This document shows, piece by piece, positions 1 to 12,037 of a DNA stretch of 64,000 nt. The stretch's first letter is position 1. The number at the start of each line of letters is the position of its first letter. Source of the DNA: Anthoceros angustus (taxonomy: Eukaryota > Plantae > Anthocerotophyta); NCBI GenBank assembly GCA_010909165.1, contig MU008209.1, positions 186,001-250,000 on the forward strand, written 5' to 3'. Made by a program: the position numbers and the translations under genes. The notes beneath the pieces were generated by a model. It was given only the letters and a program-made list of their open reading frames with translations, made no database searches and was not told the DNA's origin.

Positions 1-69
1 CCTACAAAAAAAACAAAACCCAACTCATTTCCTACCTCCGAGGAGAGTCTGTAGCCCACAACAGGGATG

Positions 70-414
70 ACACTTTTTTTTCCTCAAAACTCAGTTACTT
101 ATAATGTAACAACTTGTGATGCTGCACATTGTTCAACTATGAATCCTACCAAGGATTAGATACGATCTTCTAAGGCAGGTATGCAGGGAAAGGGTGAAAA
201 ATGTACTTATATACAAAGTTATCAAGACGAAGGAGCATTAGTTGGATGGATTGCCTCTAATGTATTATCTCATCCAAGCCCCAATGATCCATCTGACTAT
301 ACTAATTTATTATTTATGTTTGGAATCGGGGATATGCAATTCGGATTTTTTTCTCAACAAGAGTCTAGAATACTTGGCCTTGGTAGAGGAGATTTCGAGT
401 GTTCCTTGGAATAA
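70..414 (+). pseudogene. Degenerate A1-family (nepenthesin/TAXI-N-like) aspartic protease fragment
   Basis: Translation gives FFPQNSVTYNVTTCDAAHCS (cf. F.P..SSTY..V.C...C), then CTYIQSYQDEGALVGWIASNVL...FMFGIGDMQFGFFSQQESRILGLGRG (cf. C.Y...Y.DG....G.LA.D.L...FGCG...G.F...GILGLGRG). Broken by a stop/frameshift, AT-rich, no catalytic DTG seen in the window. Confidence 0.6.
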
Positions 415-530
415 TACGATCCATCCGTATATGATCTTGCAGGAAGGGTAATACTGTTCCCTTAAACAGGAAGGGTAATACTGCTCCCTTAAACAAATTA
501 TCAATAATCAATCCATATTCAGTGAATGGA

Positions 531-626
531 TTGTGTTCCTGCATATCAAATTGTATAACCGGTTGTGTTCCTGCATATCAAATTGTATAACCGGTTGTGT
601 TCCTGCATATCAAATTGTATAACCGG
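531..626. repeat. Perfect 32-bp tandem repeat x3 (TTGTGTTCCTGCATATCAAATTGTATAACCGG)
   Basis: Units at 531-562, 563-594 and 595-626 with no spacers. A 27-bp unit x2 also lies at about 440-493. Confidence 0.95.
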
Positions 627-1949
627 TAATTTTAGCTCCGAACTCTTGTTAACTGGTCTTGTCAAATTGTACAATATGGAAGCATGATATATTTATGGGC
701 TCCCTAGAAATAAAATGGCACTGAATATTGTGAACAAACACCAAAAGGATTTCATTTTGAAAATAACATTTGGGGAGACACCAAACACCAATAATACATC
801 TATGGACAATGTTACCCACTTCTCCATATATTAAACATTTCATTAAATGACTCGATGTATCATCATACTTGTATGAGACATAATTTATTTTTTAAGATTA
901 GGTTCAATTATCTTTGTAAGTCAGGGTTTATTAGAGGTCATCATATAGTTATCTTTATTAGGGTTTAGCATTTATCTTATAATACAATAGGTAGATAGGG
1001 GATTCAATACCCATACTAGATATTTATAGCCAAGGACTTCTTCGTTAATGGACATCCAGACGTAATGATTGAACATATCCAAACATAATATAAAATTTAT
1101 ATATATATATGCAAATTTTTATAATAAATATTATAAAATTATATATAATGGTACATACCTATGGACACACCTGCTCCGGATTTGGGATTCGGGCTCGTGT
1201 GATATAAAATACTCAAAAACAGCAAACCTAAATTCAAACCAGCTGCACAGGCGCACCAACGGCTACATTGCGGTAGCCACGCCGCCCAAATTCAAACCGA
1301 AGTGCACCCGCCCAAGCGCTACGTCCATTTTGTGCAGTCGAAGGCGCGTAAAACTGGCCTTCTAAGCCTGTGGCGCGAACGCAGGCCGCAACCACCTTAG
1401 CGCTACTCCCGTTCGGCAAGCACCATTTCGGGTCTTTCGGACGCGGTTAATCTTGGTGCCGTTCTTCGCTGCCAGGCCCCCACCTATAACACATCTCCTG
1501 TTTCCAGATGCAATTGACAGTTCTCCTCGCAGCGCTCCCCAGTCTGCTCATTGCGCTCCGTCTCCTCGGCATTTGTGTTTGCCCCATCTGTCTCTTACAA
1601 TCCGGTAGCTGGTCGGAAGCGGTGCACTCGCAGCTGGAGGTTGCTCGCTTGTGCGTCCTGCATTTTGTTGTAATCGGTGTGCCAAGTGTGTCTTTCTGCG
1701 GAAGCGTGATTTCCTGCTTTGCGCTTCAGCAGCGCATCAGGCTGTGCGGGTCTGATCCTCCTGTTTCTGACGCGGGTGAGGTTATGGTGCAGGCTCTTGC
1801 TTGGGAGTTGTGAGGCTGACGGCTTGCTTTGCAGCAGGTGCTTCTTTGGTTTTTGTTCTCGTGGCTTTCTCGCCTTGCTCGATGCAGTGTAACGTTGCAG
1901 CAGGGCTGACATATCCTGGAAAGTGTGCTTGTTCGTCCTGCAGGAAGGA

Positions 1950-3661
1950 ATGGATAATTCTGCGAGGAGAGTTACGCGCAGCCAGGCACGGGCATCTGGC
2001 GGCGGTGGTAAGTTCAGCAGGGATCTGGTATTGTGTATCTGATGCGGAGGCAGTGTGAAGTTAGAAGGTTCGTTTGATCGTTTTCTGATGGCGTCGTGTT
2101 CTTTTTGCAGCAGTGAGTGTGCCTGCCACGCCTGTGAGCGTGAAGAAGTCTGTTCTGGCCAGCTCCAGGAAGAAGACGGGCCGTAGGGCTCTTGCGGACT
2201 TGACGAATGACTCTCCTGTTGCAGGTCTGACGCCCTTGGCACACAGTTCTCCGGGTGGTGTTTTGACACCTTCATGCCCCCGGGTGGCTCCCTCTTCTGA
2301 GACGTGCCAGGGCACTCCTGGAGATGAGGTGCTCCGTGCGCACGCTCTCATCATGCTTCAACAGGGGGCAGGGGAGCAGTTCAAAGTTGCCCGACCAGTG
2401 CCGTCGCTTCTTTCTCAGTTTGCTGACTCTCCCAGTTTTCTGGCGGCCCCAACTCCCGCTAATACTCCTGCTAATGTAGTGTGGCCAAGCAGCGGGCAAG
2501 AGGGACCTGAGTTGCCAATCTCGTGCCTGGTTAGCCCGACCTCTGCACGCGAGAGCACAGTTTCCGTTGTTGCTTTGGACAGTGTTGCCGAGTCGAGTGG
2601 GCCGATTTTGGAAAGCACTTGGTCGACAGTGCCTCTCTGCTCGCCAAAGACCTCACCGGAGAACGAGGCCACTGTTCAGGATGATAGTATCCAGGCGTCA
2701 GAAGTTCATCTATCTGTTGTGGAAGTTGCGACAAATAACGTGGTACGGTTTAATGCTGCCATTTGTTTCAGAGTTGATGTTCTCGCTGCCACACTTGTCG
2801 GGTAGCTCTTAACCTACTTCTTCTTCTGGGCTGCAGGTCGATTTGGACATGAGTACCGCAGATCAGAATCCCCGCACACTTCTGTTTGAATCTCCTGCGA
2901 AAAATTGCACACTCGTCAACAAGCCAGCTTTGACTGAAACCGAAGATCCGGTGCAATCTACTCCAACTGTCAAAGCTGGTTCAGCTGAAGGTGAAGAGGA
3001 CAGGTGGTCTGTGGATGTGAATGTGCGCTCGCCTCCTTCTCCAGGCGGAGTTGATGACATGTCCTATGACCCTCTGGATGACGACTCAACAGATAGTGAG
3101 ACATCAATGGACTTTGCAAAGAGGATTGAAGCCTGCTCAAGCTCGCCTGAGGTGGAAAAGAAAGTAGCAGGGGAGTCTGAGCTGGTGAGCACCCCCTTGA
3201 TTGGGAATCCGAACTTCGTCAAGTTCCGATTAAGGGAAGAAAAAGATGGGCCTATCGACGGGGCGGATGAGCCCGACGTTTGGGTACACAGAAAACCTGC
3301 TACAGAAGGCCACTTCGAGGAATTTGACAACGAAGATGAGTGCGACGAAGATGAGTGGGCAGATTGCGAAGAGGAGTATGATGGCGAGGAAGAATATGAT
3401 GACTTCGATGAAGTGGATTGCGATGAGCTTTGCATGGGTATCAGCCACATTTCCATGAGCGAACATGGTCTGAAGGGACTGCCAAAGCCATCTGGCACAC
3501 ACAAGCGCTTCCATTATGGCAGCGATGGCGAGATGGAGGAAGAGATCGTGAAAGCTGCCAGTGAAGAGGATGTCCGCGTCCTATCTCCCAGCATCACGAG
3601 GTTGAGGGGCCTGCCGACTCCTCTTGGGGAGCACCTTCGTTTTGCTGAAGATAGTGAGTAG
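1950..3661 (+). CDS. At5g66230-like uncharacterised plant protein with D-box-like motif and acidic C-terminus (3 exons: 1950-2007, 2111-~2742, ~2838-3661)
   Basis: Spliced product MDNSARRVTRSQ...RRALADLTNDSPVAGL...TPG.E.LR...LAAPTPANTP...LCMGISHIS...HKRFHYGSD...RLRGLPTPLGEHLRF matches the motif order I recall for this plant family. The GT-AG intron 2008-2110 keeps the frame. Confidence 0.75.
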
Positions 3662-4596
3662 GTTGGCATGCAAGTTGGTGGATTGGTTTGCACCTAACAT
3701 CGGGTTAGATGTGGAGCATCTCGCTCTCATTGTTTCAATCGCATTCATCCCTTTTGAATGCCTCTCTCGGGTACCGGCATTGTGAATGCTGGGAATTCTC
3801 TCGTGTATAGAACGATCATGGAAGAGATGCGTTTTCTTTTGAACTCACGGCACCTCTGCAACACTTGAAGTGCAGTACCTAGTTTCAGTCAAAATATGAT
3901 ATGGCACCTGGAGAAAGAACAGCTTGTGTGCAAAATTCCGGAGCTATTTTCCTCTTAACGGCATATAAACTTGGTTTGCTGAATATAGGCAGGTGTCTTC
4001 AGTGAAATGTGGTTGCCATGGCAGAAGCAGACGGCTGGGCCAACTTGTCCCGAAGACCTGGTGTACAGGTTGGTAGGAATATGCAACGTCATAGCAACTA
4101 AGGAAGGAAGTTGATTACGACGATATGGTGCCCCTGTGGTTGACACAAAGGGGAGGCTATCTTAGGGTCTTCACGGATCTGCAATGAATGAATAGAGGTA
4201 CGGCGGCAGCATCATTTGTTGGCGGCACAGCCCACTTTGGGATGTACCAGAGCCTACAAAGCATCACACAAGCCAAGGCAAACCCTGCGCCTGCCAGAGT
4301 TTCACAAATTGTGAATACAAGCTCATGTCAAGTTGGTTCCTGCTCATGTGAGGTCAGCCAGTTTTGCAAGTTGATGAATAACAGCTCATGTCAAGTTGGT
4401 TCATGTGAGGTTAACCTTTCACAGGAGGTGATGACAACTGAGCTCTTCTAAAAAAAATAGCTATCTTGTCGGCGTTGCCATTGTGGCAAGTCCGATCCAA
4501 AATTGTCTGCCCTGAGGACCTGAAGGGCTGCAAGGCCAAGTCCTGTGAACCTGTTGTCGTTGTACAAACTAAAACCAAGGTCAAGGAGAAAAAATA

Positions 4597-5729
4597 TCAC
4601 TCCTTTTCGGTCGCCAAGGCTAACAAAAACTCTCCTTCGCAGACTATTTCCCCGCCCACATACGCTTTGCCTTCCAGCTTGGCTATGCCAAAGCGCTTCT
4701 GGTACTTAATCAGATTCATGCGCATCACCAGAGTGTCTCCGGGGACAACCGGCTTCCGCCACCGGACTTTGTCAACTCCTGCAAAATAGAAAATCTCCTT
4801 GGTGCCCCCGCCGCTCCCACTTTCGTCTGGCGGCAGCATCACGATGCCTCCCACTTGCGCCAGGGCCTGCTTGAAAGGAAAAAAAGGAAGAAAGCACACA
4901 AACGATCATCGCAACATAGAGATTACCGATCAAAAGAAAGTGGCAACACCCGAGTGAACCCCGTGGGGCCAGCTTACCTCGACCATAAGAACACCAGGCA
5001 TGATCGGGCGCTCCGGGAAGTGCCCTGGAAAGAAGTTGTCGTTGATGGTCACATTCTTGATGGCCACAGCGGACACACCAGGAGTATGCTCAATCACCCG
5101 GTCCACCAGCAAGAAGGGAAATCTGCAGCCAATTGCAAGCAACCACCTTGAAGCCCTGTCCCTAAGCCTCGGACCGGGACACCTCCGCAGCATGCCACAC
5201 CCGCAACACCCGCATGCAAAGCGGGAAGTCACGCACACCACTCTCCGCTACTCGGCTGCACCATACCGATCAAGCAAGCTGAACCAGGCACCTGTGAGGA
5301 AGAATGTTTCGGATCCGGTTGATGTCCAGCACAGTCGGAAACGCCGCGACACCTGCTCTTCACACCAACCATTCCACCAGCTCAGCCCGTGATCCGCAAC
5401 AACGAGTCCTCGAACACAGCACAACTTCAAAAACTCCACTCACGTTTCTCGATCGGAACCTCCGTCACAGCGGGCGTCTCCGCCTCGGGAGCCGCATCCG
5501 CAGCCGCAGCCGCATCCAGCGTGGCCGCTCCATCCGCGGCCACCTCGCACCGGACCGGCCCCCTCCTCCTGCTGCTACGGCAGCTGCTCCCCGCCTGCAA
5601 CACAACGGGCTTGCACGCCAGCACCCCGCTCCTGGCGAACCCCAGCGTACCACTGCCGCCGGATGCGCAGGTAGCCGGCGGCTGCAGCAGACGCGCCTCC
5701 ACGCACGCTGTTCTCCCGAGAGCCTCCAT
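4597..5729 (-). CDS. fabZ: Plastid 3-hydroxyacyl-ACP dehydratase (FabZ), 4 exons
   Basis: [63 protein letters not shown] motifs. Ala/Ser/Arg-rich transit peptide from ATG 5729. Confidence 0.95.
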
Positions 5730-6227
5730 GGGCCGGACGCGCGGGGGACTCGGAAGCGGAGGCGGGGAATTGGCAAGAGCGTGGCGGGCGGGTGCGATAA
5801 AACAGCAGCCTGCCACGGGCTTTACAACAAATGCTGGTTGGTTGAAACACGAAAGAGCACATACAAGGTGACACTTCCGAGGATACCCGCTAATTAGCAA
5901 GCCCCCGGTCGGAGAAGCCTATGCCCTGCACTGACAGCACTGTGCCTATCCGATTCCACCTACACACTCCGCGACGCTCCGCACCGTCCACACCATCTCC
6001 ACTCTAACATCACCCCAATCCAACCCGGCGCAATGCACCGATGCATGCACAGCTGCTAACTCATGCTGTAATGTGAGGCGTGAAGGGCATCATGACAAGG
6101 AGCGGAGTGAAAGATTCATCATTTCACGACGCGAGGCGACCCGTGAGCGGGATGCGAAAAGCGGCAAGCGATGCATTCATGATGAGGCGGGGCGTGAGCG
6201 GGGGTGACGGAGTAATGATGAAACGAG

Positions 6228-7391
6228 CTAGTGGCCGGCCAGCTGGAGGGAGGCGAGGAGGAAGGGGCCGACGCCCTTGGCGTCGTTAGTGACCACCGCC
6301 TCGCTGAGGTAGTACTCGTAGGTGCCGTTCCGGTAGGGGTTTCCGCCGAGGCCGCCGACGGAGACGGTGCTGTTGAGGTTGATGCCGCCGTCGGGGCGGG
6401 CCTCGACGAAGTGCGTCTTGATGCCGCGGAAGCCCTTGCGGTAGACGCGGATGTAGCGGCGGGGGAGGTAGCCCTTGCGGACGCCCTTGGCGAAGCTGTA
6501 GACGAACATGGAGGAGGCGGAGGACTCGAGGTAGTTGCCCTTGCGGGAGCCCTGATCCAGCACCTCCCACCACACCCCGGACTCGTCCTGGACCTTGGCC
6601 ACGGCCTCCGCCAGGCGCTGCAGGATGGCAACAAGCTCGCCGCGCTGCGGGTGAGATCGCGGGAAGAAGTCGAGAGTGTCCACCAGCGCCATGAAGTACC
6701 AGCCGACGGCGCGGCCCCAGAAGCTCGGTGAGTCCCCGGTGACGGGGTTCGCCCACGCTTGCTGCCGGGACTCGTCGTAGCCGTGGTAGAGGAGGCCGGT
6801 GGCGGGGTCGCGCGCGTGCTTCTCCATCAGCGTGAACTGCAAGGCGATGTCGTCGAAGTTGGCCGGCTCGTCGAAGAGAACTGCGTACTGCGCGTAGAAC
6901 GGCTCCGCCATGAACAGGCCGTCCAGCCACATCTGGAACGGGTACACCAGCTTGTGCCAGAAGCCGCCTTCGTTTGTGCGCGGCTGCGTGCGGAGCTGCT
7001 CTCGGAGGAGAGCTGCGGCTTTGCGGTACTTGTCCTCCCCGGTGCGGCGCCAGAGGAAGAGGAGGACGGTGCCGGATCTGATGTTGTCCAGAGTGTAGTC
7101 TGCTGGTTTGTATGTCGGGATGGTGCCGTTGGCGGCCACGAAGGCGTCGGTGCGGTTCTTGATGAAGGCTAGGTACTTCGGGTCCTTCGTCCTCTTCCAC
7201 ACTTGCTGGATGCCGTAGAGGAGCACTCCGCGCTCGTAGTTCCACACCTCCTTCCCCGGCCCCGTCGAGTTCCAGACCTGCAGCGCTGTGTCCGCCATCC
7301 TCACGTACAGCGGCCGCTTAGCTGCCGCAGCCTGTATACATACTATCAACAAGAAGCACACCACAAGCGCGGGTTTGGTTGCCGCCGCCAT
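6228..7391 (-). CDS. Secreted glycoside hydrolase family 105 (YteR-like unsaturated rhamnogalacturonyl hydrolase), intronless
   Basis: Signal peptide (ALVVCFLLIVCIQAAAA). WNYERG, LDNIRSG, QPRTNEGGFWHK, QMWLDGLFMAEPF, GLLYHGYD, FWGRAVGW, YLESSAS, GVGPFLLA motifs. Very GC-rich codons. Confidence 0.9.
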   Translation of the reverse strand: MAAATKPALVVCFLLIVCIQAAAAKRPLYVRMADTALQVWNSTGPGKEVWNYERGVLLYGIQQVWKRTKDPKYLAFIKNRTDAFVAANGTIPTYKPADYTLDNIRSGTVLLFLWRRTGEDKYRKAAALLREQLRTQPRTNEGGFWHKLVYPFQMWLDGLFMAEPFYAQYAVLFDEPANFDDIALQFTLMEKHARDPATGLLYHGYDESRQQAWANPVTGDSPSFWGRAVGWYFMALVDTLDFFPRSHPQRGELVAILQRLAEAVAKVQDESGVWWEVLDQGSRKGNYLESSASSMFVYSFAKGVRKGYLPRRYIRVYRKGFRGIKTHFVEARPDGGINLNSTVSVGGLGGNPYRNGTYEYYLSEAVVTNDAKGVGPFLLASLQLAGH

Positions 7392-7845
7392 AGCTCTGAG
7401 TTCCAAATGTGGAGATATCGGTGGCAGCGCGATGGCAGATGAATGGGAGCAGCAGCTTCTTGAGGTCAGATCGAAGCGAGCAGCAGCTGCTTGCCGTGCG
7501 GGATGGAAGAATTGAGAGGCTTCCGGCCTATACGGCTGGCCGGAAACCCTTCCGTACGTGGAGGAGGGAGCGGAGTGATAGAGGTGACGAATGTCCTGAC
7601 CTTACGGCGTCGGGGGCGCCATTTAGAAGCCTCTTCATCGCATTCCGGTAGACTGTGGAGGTGCCGTGGTCAACTCAGAGTCAGGCGGTAAAAGGCGTCG
7701 AGGAAATGGTCTGCGGAAATAGCGGCATAGCGCCGATGAATTGACAATAGGCACCTTAAAAGAAGATGATCTAACAGCGCGAGTCCCGACGCCTGCTAAG
7801 GTTCACCATCATCTATCGGGGTCCACAGTCCAGACTTTGACGCTT

Positions 7846-9470
7846 TCAGCGGTCAAGTGGCTTTTGCTGCGCGGTGAGAAGGCCCCCGGAAGCATCGTCC
7901 GATGCTGTGCTGTCCTTACTGCCTGCCTGAGCTGTGGCACCTGGAGTTACCTCGGCCTTCCGCTCTATCTCCTTGGCGCTGCCGTAACTGTAGCAGGCGA
8001 AGCTCCAGACGGTGAGAATGAGGGCAAGAATTTTGGAGCCACCCATGGGGTCATTGAATATGATAACCGCAGCAACTGCAGTGACGGGCACCCGGGCGGC
8101 ATTCAGAACTCCCGCGTACAGGGTGGAGCACAGGTATAGAATGCCGACTGCTCCAAGAACTCCTAACTGGAAAGTGATAGCCGCCCAGAACAAGACCTGG
8201 AAGTATTCTCCTCTGCCGTGTTTGAAATGCTCCGCTTCCCTGTCACAGGTGCACATGACGAGATAAATTTCTAGGTCAGGGCTGGTGACGATTCTTGAAT
8301 TGCAGGGAAAAAGCGACCGTTAGGCTAGCATCAAAACAGAGCGAGAGAGTTGAGGATGTGACCAGTTCGGAATCGGGTTCTTGGCTGTGGCAAGTACCAT
8401 GATGCAGCTGTGAAGTCCCCATTGATAATCACTCCGATTGTGGTGAAGAGAGTTGCAAAGAATCCAGTCATCGTCTGTGCCTCTAAAACCACTCGGAACG
8501 ACTTTCTTCCCAGATACTTGATGAAGAGCAACTCTGATAGAGCGAAAATGAGGCCATGCCCAGCCGAGCCAACTATGTCCAGCAAAAATCCGACCTGCGA
8601 ATCAAGTCAGTTGTTGAGAAGGACTTCTCATCAGACTTGATTAACCTGGCATATGAGGACTTACAGCATATCCTTTGCACACGAGGACTTACAGCATATT
8701 GCTTCTGACTCACACCAGGTGGCCTGTCGTTGCTGGAATCCAGCGCCAAAACCACTGCTCCTGCTGTCATAACTACGATGGCATTCGTTGCCGTCAGAGT
8801 GATCCTTTTGCCAACAAGAAGATAGGCACAGATACCAGTGAAAGCAAGAGAGCTTGTGGAAAGCAGGGCTGCAGTTGACGCCGGAAGGTAAGCATAAGCC
8901 CAGGTGAAGGCAAGATTATCGCCGGCACTGAGGAGGCCGAGCACTGCATAGGCCAGCAACAACTTCCAGGAGAGACGGGAAGGGCATGTCTTCTGACCGA
9001 CGCACATAACCAACAGCACAGCTGCGGGGATGGGAAACCCTACAGCAGCAATCCAAGCCAGCAGCCATTTCTTGTTGCCTCCATCCACGAAGTACAATCG
9101 AGTAAGGAGCGAGGAAGCGGGAAACGCAACCATCATTCCAAGAGTACTCAGAAGCAAGAGTATCCAGTAACTGGCTCGTTTCCTCTCATAAAGCTCCCAG
9201 CACGACCGGTACAGCTTGTGCAAACGCGCCACGAGCTCCCCCGCATCCCTGAGCGGCAGGAAATCCTTGCCAAGCTTTGTTTCAGGGTCGCGATCCCCTG
9301 CTTGCGAGCACAAACACCACGACCAGAACCTTTTTCACAAAATCCACCAAACAGAGATGCAAGAAAGTTCGCTACATCATGCAGGAGCTCTGGATGCAAA
9401 ACAACCAGCGGGATGGCAGCACAGAACAGAACCAAGTACACCTACCTTGAAACTCCACGTCCTGAAACAT
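7846..9470 (-). CDS. Purine permease (PUP family, PUP5-like) membrane transporter
   Basis: AFPASSLLTRLYFVDGGNKKWLLAWIAAVGFP, DNLAFTWAYAYLPASTAALL, FQLGVLGAVGILYLCSTLYAGVLNAARVP. Multiple TM helices across exons. The start exon (MFQDVEFQ at 9470) is tentative. Confidence 0.9.
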
Positions 9471-10170
9471 TGTTCCTGCAAAAAAGGCAGCGTCCCGGCT
9501 CCTCAAAATCGGAACTTCCCTCCCTGCGCTTCCTCCAAATCTGCATTACGCGCCGAAGAAGATGGCATCATTGAACCCCGCCCGCCATGCCGGCCCTGAG
9601 AGCTCCATCCAGGAGCCGAAACGGATGCGCGGGCGCGCCGAGAGTCTCCTTCACGCAGAGCAGGAACGGTGCTCCATGGCGCGCGACAGAGATCACAGCG
9701 AGTACACCAGGCTGGGCCCTTGTGTAATGGTGGCGGGGAATGCTGCTGCAGAAGGGCCAAGCAGCGCCAAGCATGGCCAAGCCGAGAGACCTGGAATTTT
9801 GAGGTTCATCCCACGCCAAGTGGACGTCCCACCAGGACAACTGCAGTTCGCGATCTTTTTCGAATACCGAACCGCGTACACGGCGACTGGCAACTCCGGT
9901 CACTCGGGCCAGAGTGTACAGACCCGCAGAGGTGAAAATCTCAAAAGGCTCAGAAGACCATTCTGTCATCCGGGTCAGGAACTGTGGCTCAGGTGTGCCA
10001 CAATGGTCATGTGTCATCACAGCCACCAATCTGCGTAGAGCGAGGATCGAACCCGGGTGACCCTCCGGATGGAAGGATCGTCCGACCGCTTGGCTATTTC
10101 AGATGGTTGACCAAAAGAGAATATATTAAAAATATAAACAAACTATGACATACAGAAGTAAAAAGCTCTC

Positions 10171-11670
10171 GTACAAGTTGTCAAGTACCAAGTCCCATGA
10201 CGGAAATCCGTCCTTAGTGGACTCAAATAAAATTCTTCTTCTTCTTCTTCTCGAAAGAAGAAGAAGACGCCAGCTCTTCAGATGGAATGAACCCATGTTA
10301 TCTACCTTAGACAGACCGGCAGACCACGCGCACTATCTTACCAAGATGAGGATAATGTAGCTTTAAAATGGGCTATCATATCATTTGTCTATCAACTCTT
10401 AAAAATTTTCACAGCTAAGGTTAGAAAATATGGATAATTATATTATTTGTCTATCAACTCTTTAAGTACTTCACAGCTAAGGTTGGAAATCGTGTGGTTT
10501 TCGATCATGGTTTCCTATAATTTGTTTTCCGATCAATCATTATAATTATTATAATTATCTTTACTAAATTTACTATAAATAAATTTTATATAAAATAATT
10601 AGATGTAAAACTACACAGACATATGTGTTAGAGAGGCTCAATAGAATACCCTATAGAAAGTGAAAACAAATGATGGGGAGCTGAGCAAGGCTTGTCTATG
10701 TTTGTCTAAATGGCTTAAGCCAAATGGATACACATTTATACTTATATGGGGTGCCTAAAGGGAGTGGATGCCCTTGGTGCAAGTACCTTAGGCATGCACT
10801 TAGATGGGTACTTAGATGGGGTGCTTAAAGGGAGTGGATGCCCTTGGTGCAAGTAGCTTAGGCACACCATGGTACAAGTTGTTAAGTACCAAGTCCCGTG
10901 ACGGAAATCCGTCCTTAGTGGACTTAAATAAAATTCTTCTTCATCTTCTTCTTCTTCTATGAAGGAGCATAATTAGAAAGACAAATGTTGTAGCAGTTTT
11001 ATATGTGTCACGTAGAGAGGTTTTGTAGGATATTAATTAGAAAGACAAAGGTTGTAGCACTTTTATGTGTCATGTAGAGAGGCCTAACAGAATATCCTAT
11101 AGGAAGCAAAGACAAGTTATGGGGAGTTGTAGCAAGGCTTGTCTATGAAGGAGCATCTTAGAGAGACAAAGGTCATAAGGCTTTGCGATATGCCATAAAG
11201 AAAGTTTTGGAAGAAAAAAAATTCTACACGCAAAAAGAAAAGATTTTCTCATGGTTCTCTTTGTAAGTAGGACAATAGAACTTTGAGCTACACAACCAGA
11301 AAAGTTTAGAAAGAAAAAAACTTGAGCACTCAAAAAGAAAAGGTTGTCTGATGGCTATCTTTGTAAGTAGGGCAATAGAGTAAGCTTAGATTGTCAAACC
11401 TGATGTAGTTGTAAGTAGGGCAATAGTATATGATTTGTACATGAAAAATTCTTTCTTAGTTTAATCTTATAGTTGAATTGGACTTTCACTGAAGACTGAA
11501 TATGTTATTGAAAGGATCTATGTTCAGCAAAAAATAATCAGCTGAAAGAAGGAGCAAAATAGTGGTTATGTAATTTGTTGCTAAGGAATCTAAGAAGAAG
11601 AAGAAAAATTTTATTTAAGTTCACTAAGGACGGATTTTCCTCATGGGACTGAAATATGGCAACTACATAC
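10171..11670. mobile_element. AT-rich dispersed repeat cluster (non-autonomous element family; ~80-bp conserved end followed by (TTC)n)
   Basis: TACAAGTTG.CAAGTACCAAGTCCC.TGACGGAAATCCGTCCTTAGTGGACT.AAATAAAATTCTTCTTC at 10171-10250 and 10872-10958, inverted at 11592-11668. 10700-10920 recurs inverted at 43420-43700. Several internal 45-60 bp tandem repeats. Confidence 0.7.
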
Positions 11671-12037
11671 ATTGCAGTAAAATGGTCTGGATTTGTTGTT
11701 TGTCACGCGTAAGGTTCTTTCGCGACCTTCCAGCATAATAGGATGACTCAATTAATTTTATTCTATTAATTAACATATGATATATATAAAATATGTTTAT
11801 ATTAATAAAACTTGAACTGGGTAGTGGATGTGATTCACAGTGAGTGACAAGCCCTTAATGTAGCTTTCACCAGAAAAAGCTCAAAATGTTCGGACAAAAG
11901 ACAATCTGATTGCGTGCACCGGGAAATGGTCACCGGAGAGTCCGGTCATCCGGTAATCGTGTGGTGCGAGCACCACCTTCCCGCCACATTCAAAACATGC
12001 GGATTGTGGGATGGAGGAGGCGATACACACCTAGCGG

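Noticed and set aside
531-626. 32-bp repeats of CRISPR-like length
   Set aside because: Perfect head-to-tail units with no spacers, no cas genes, eukaryotic context; a simple minisatellite.
6119-7245. Alternative-frame ORFs overlapping GH105
   Set aside because: Shadow ORFs caused by extreme GC bias at third codon positions.
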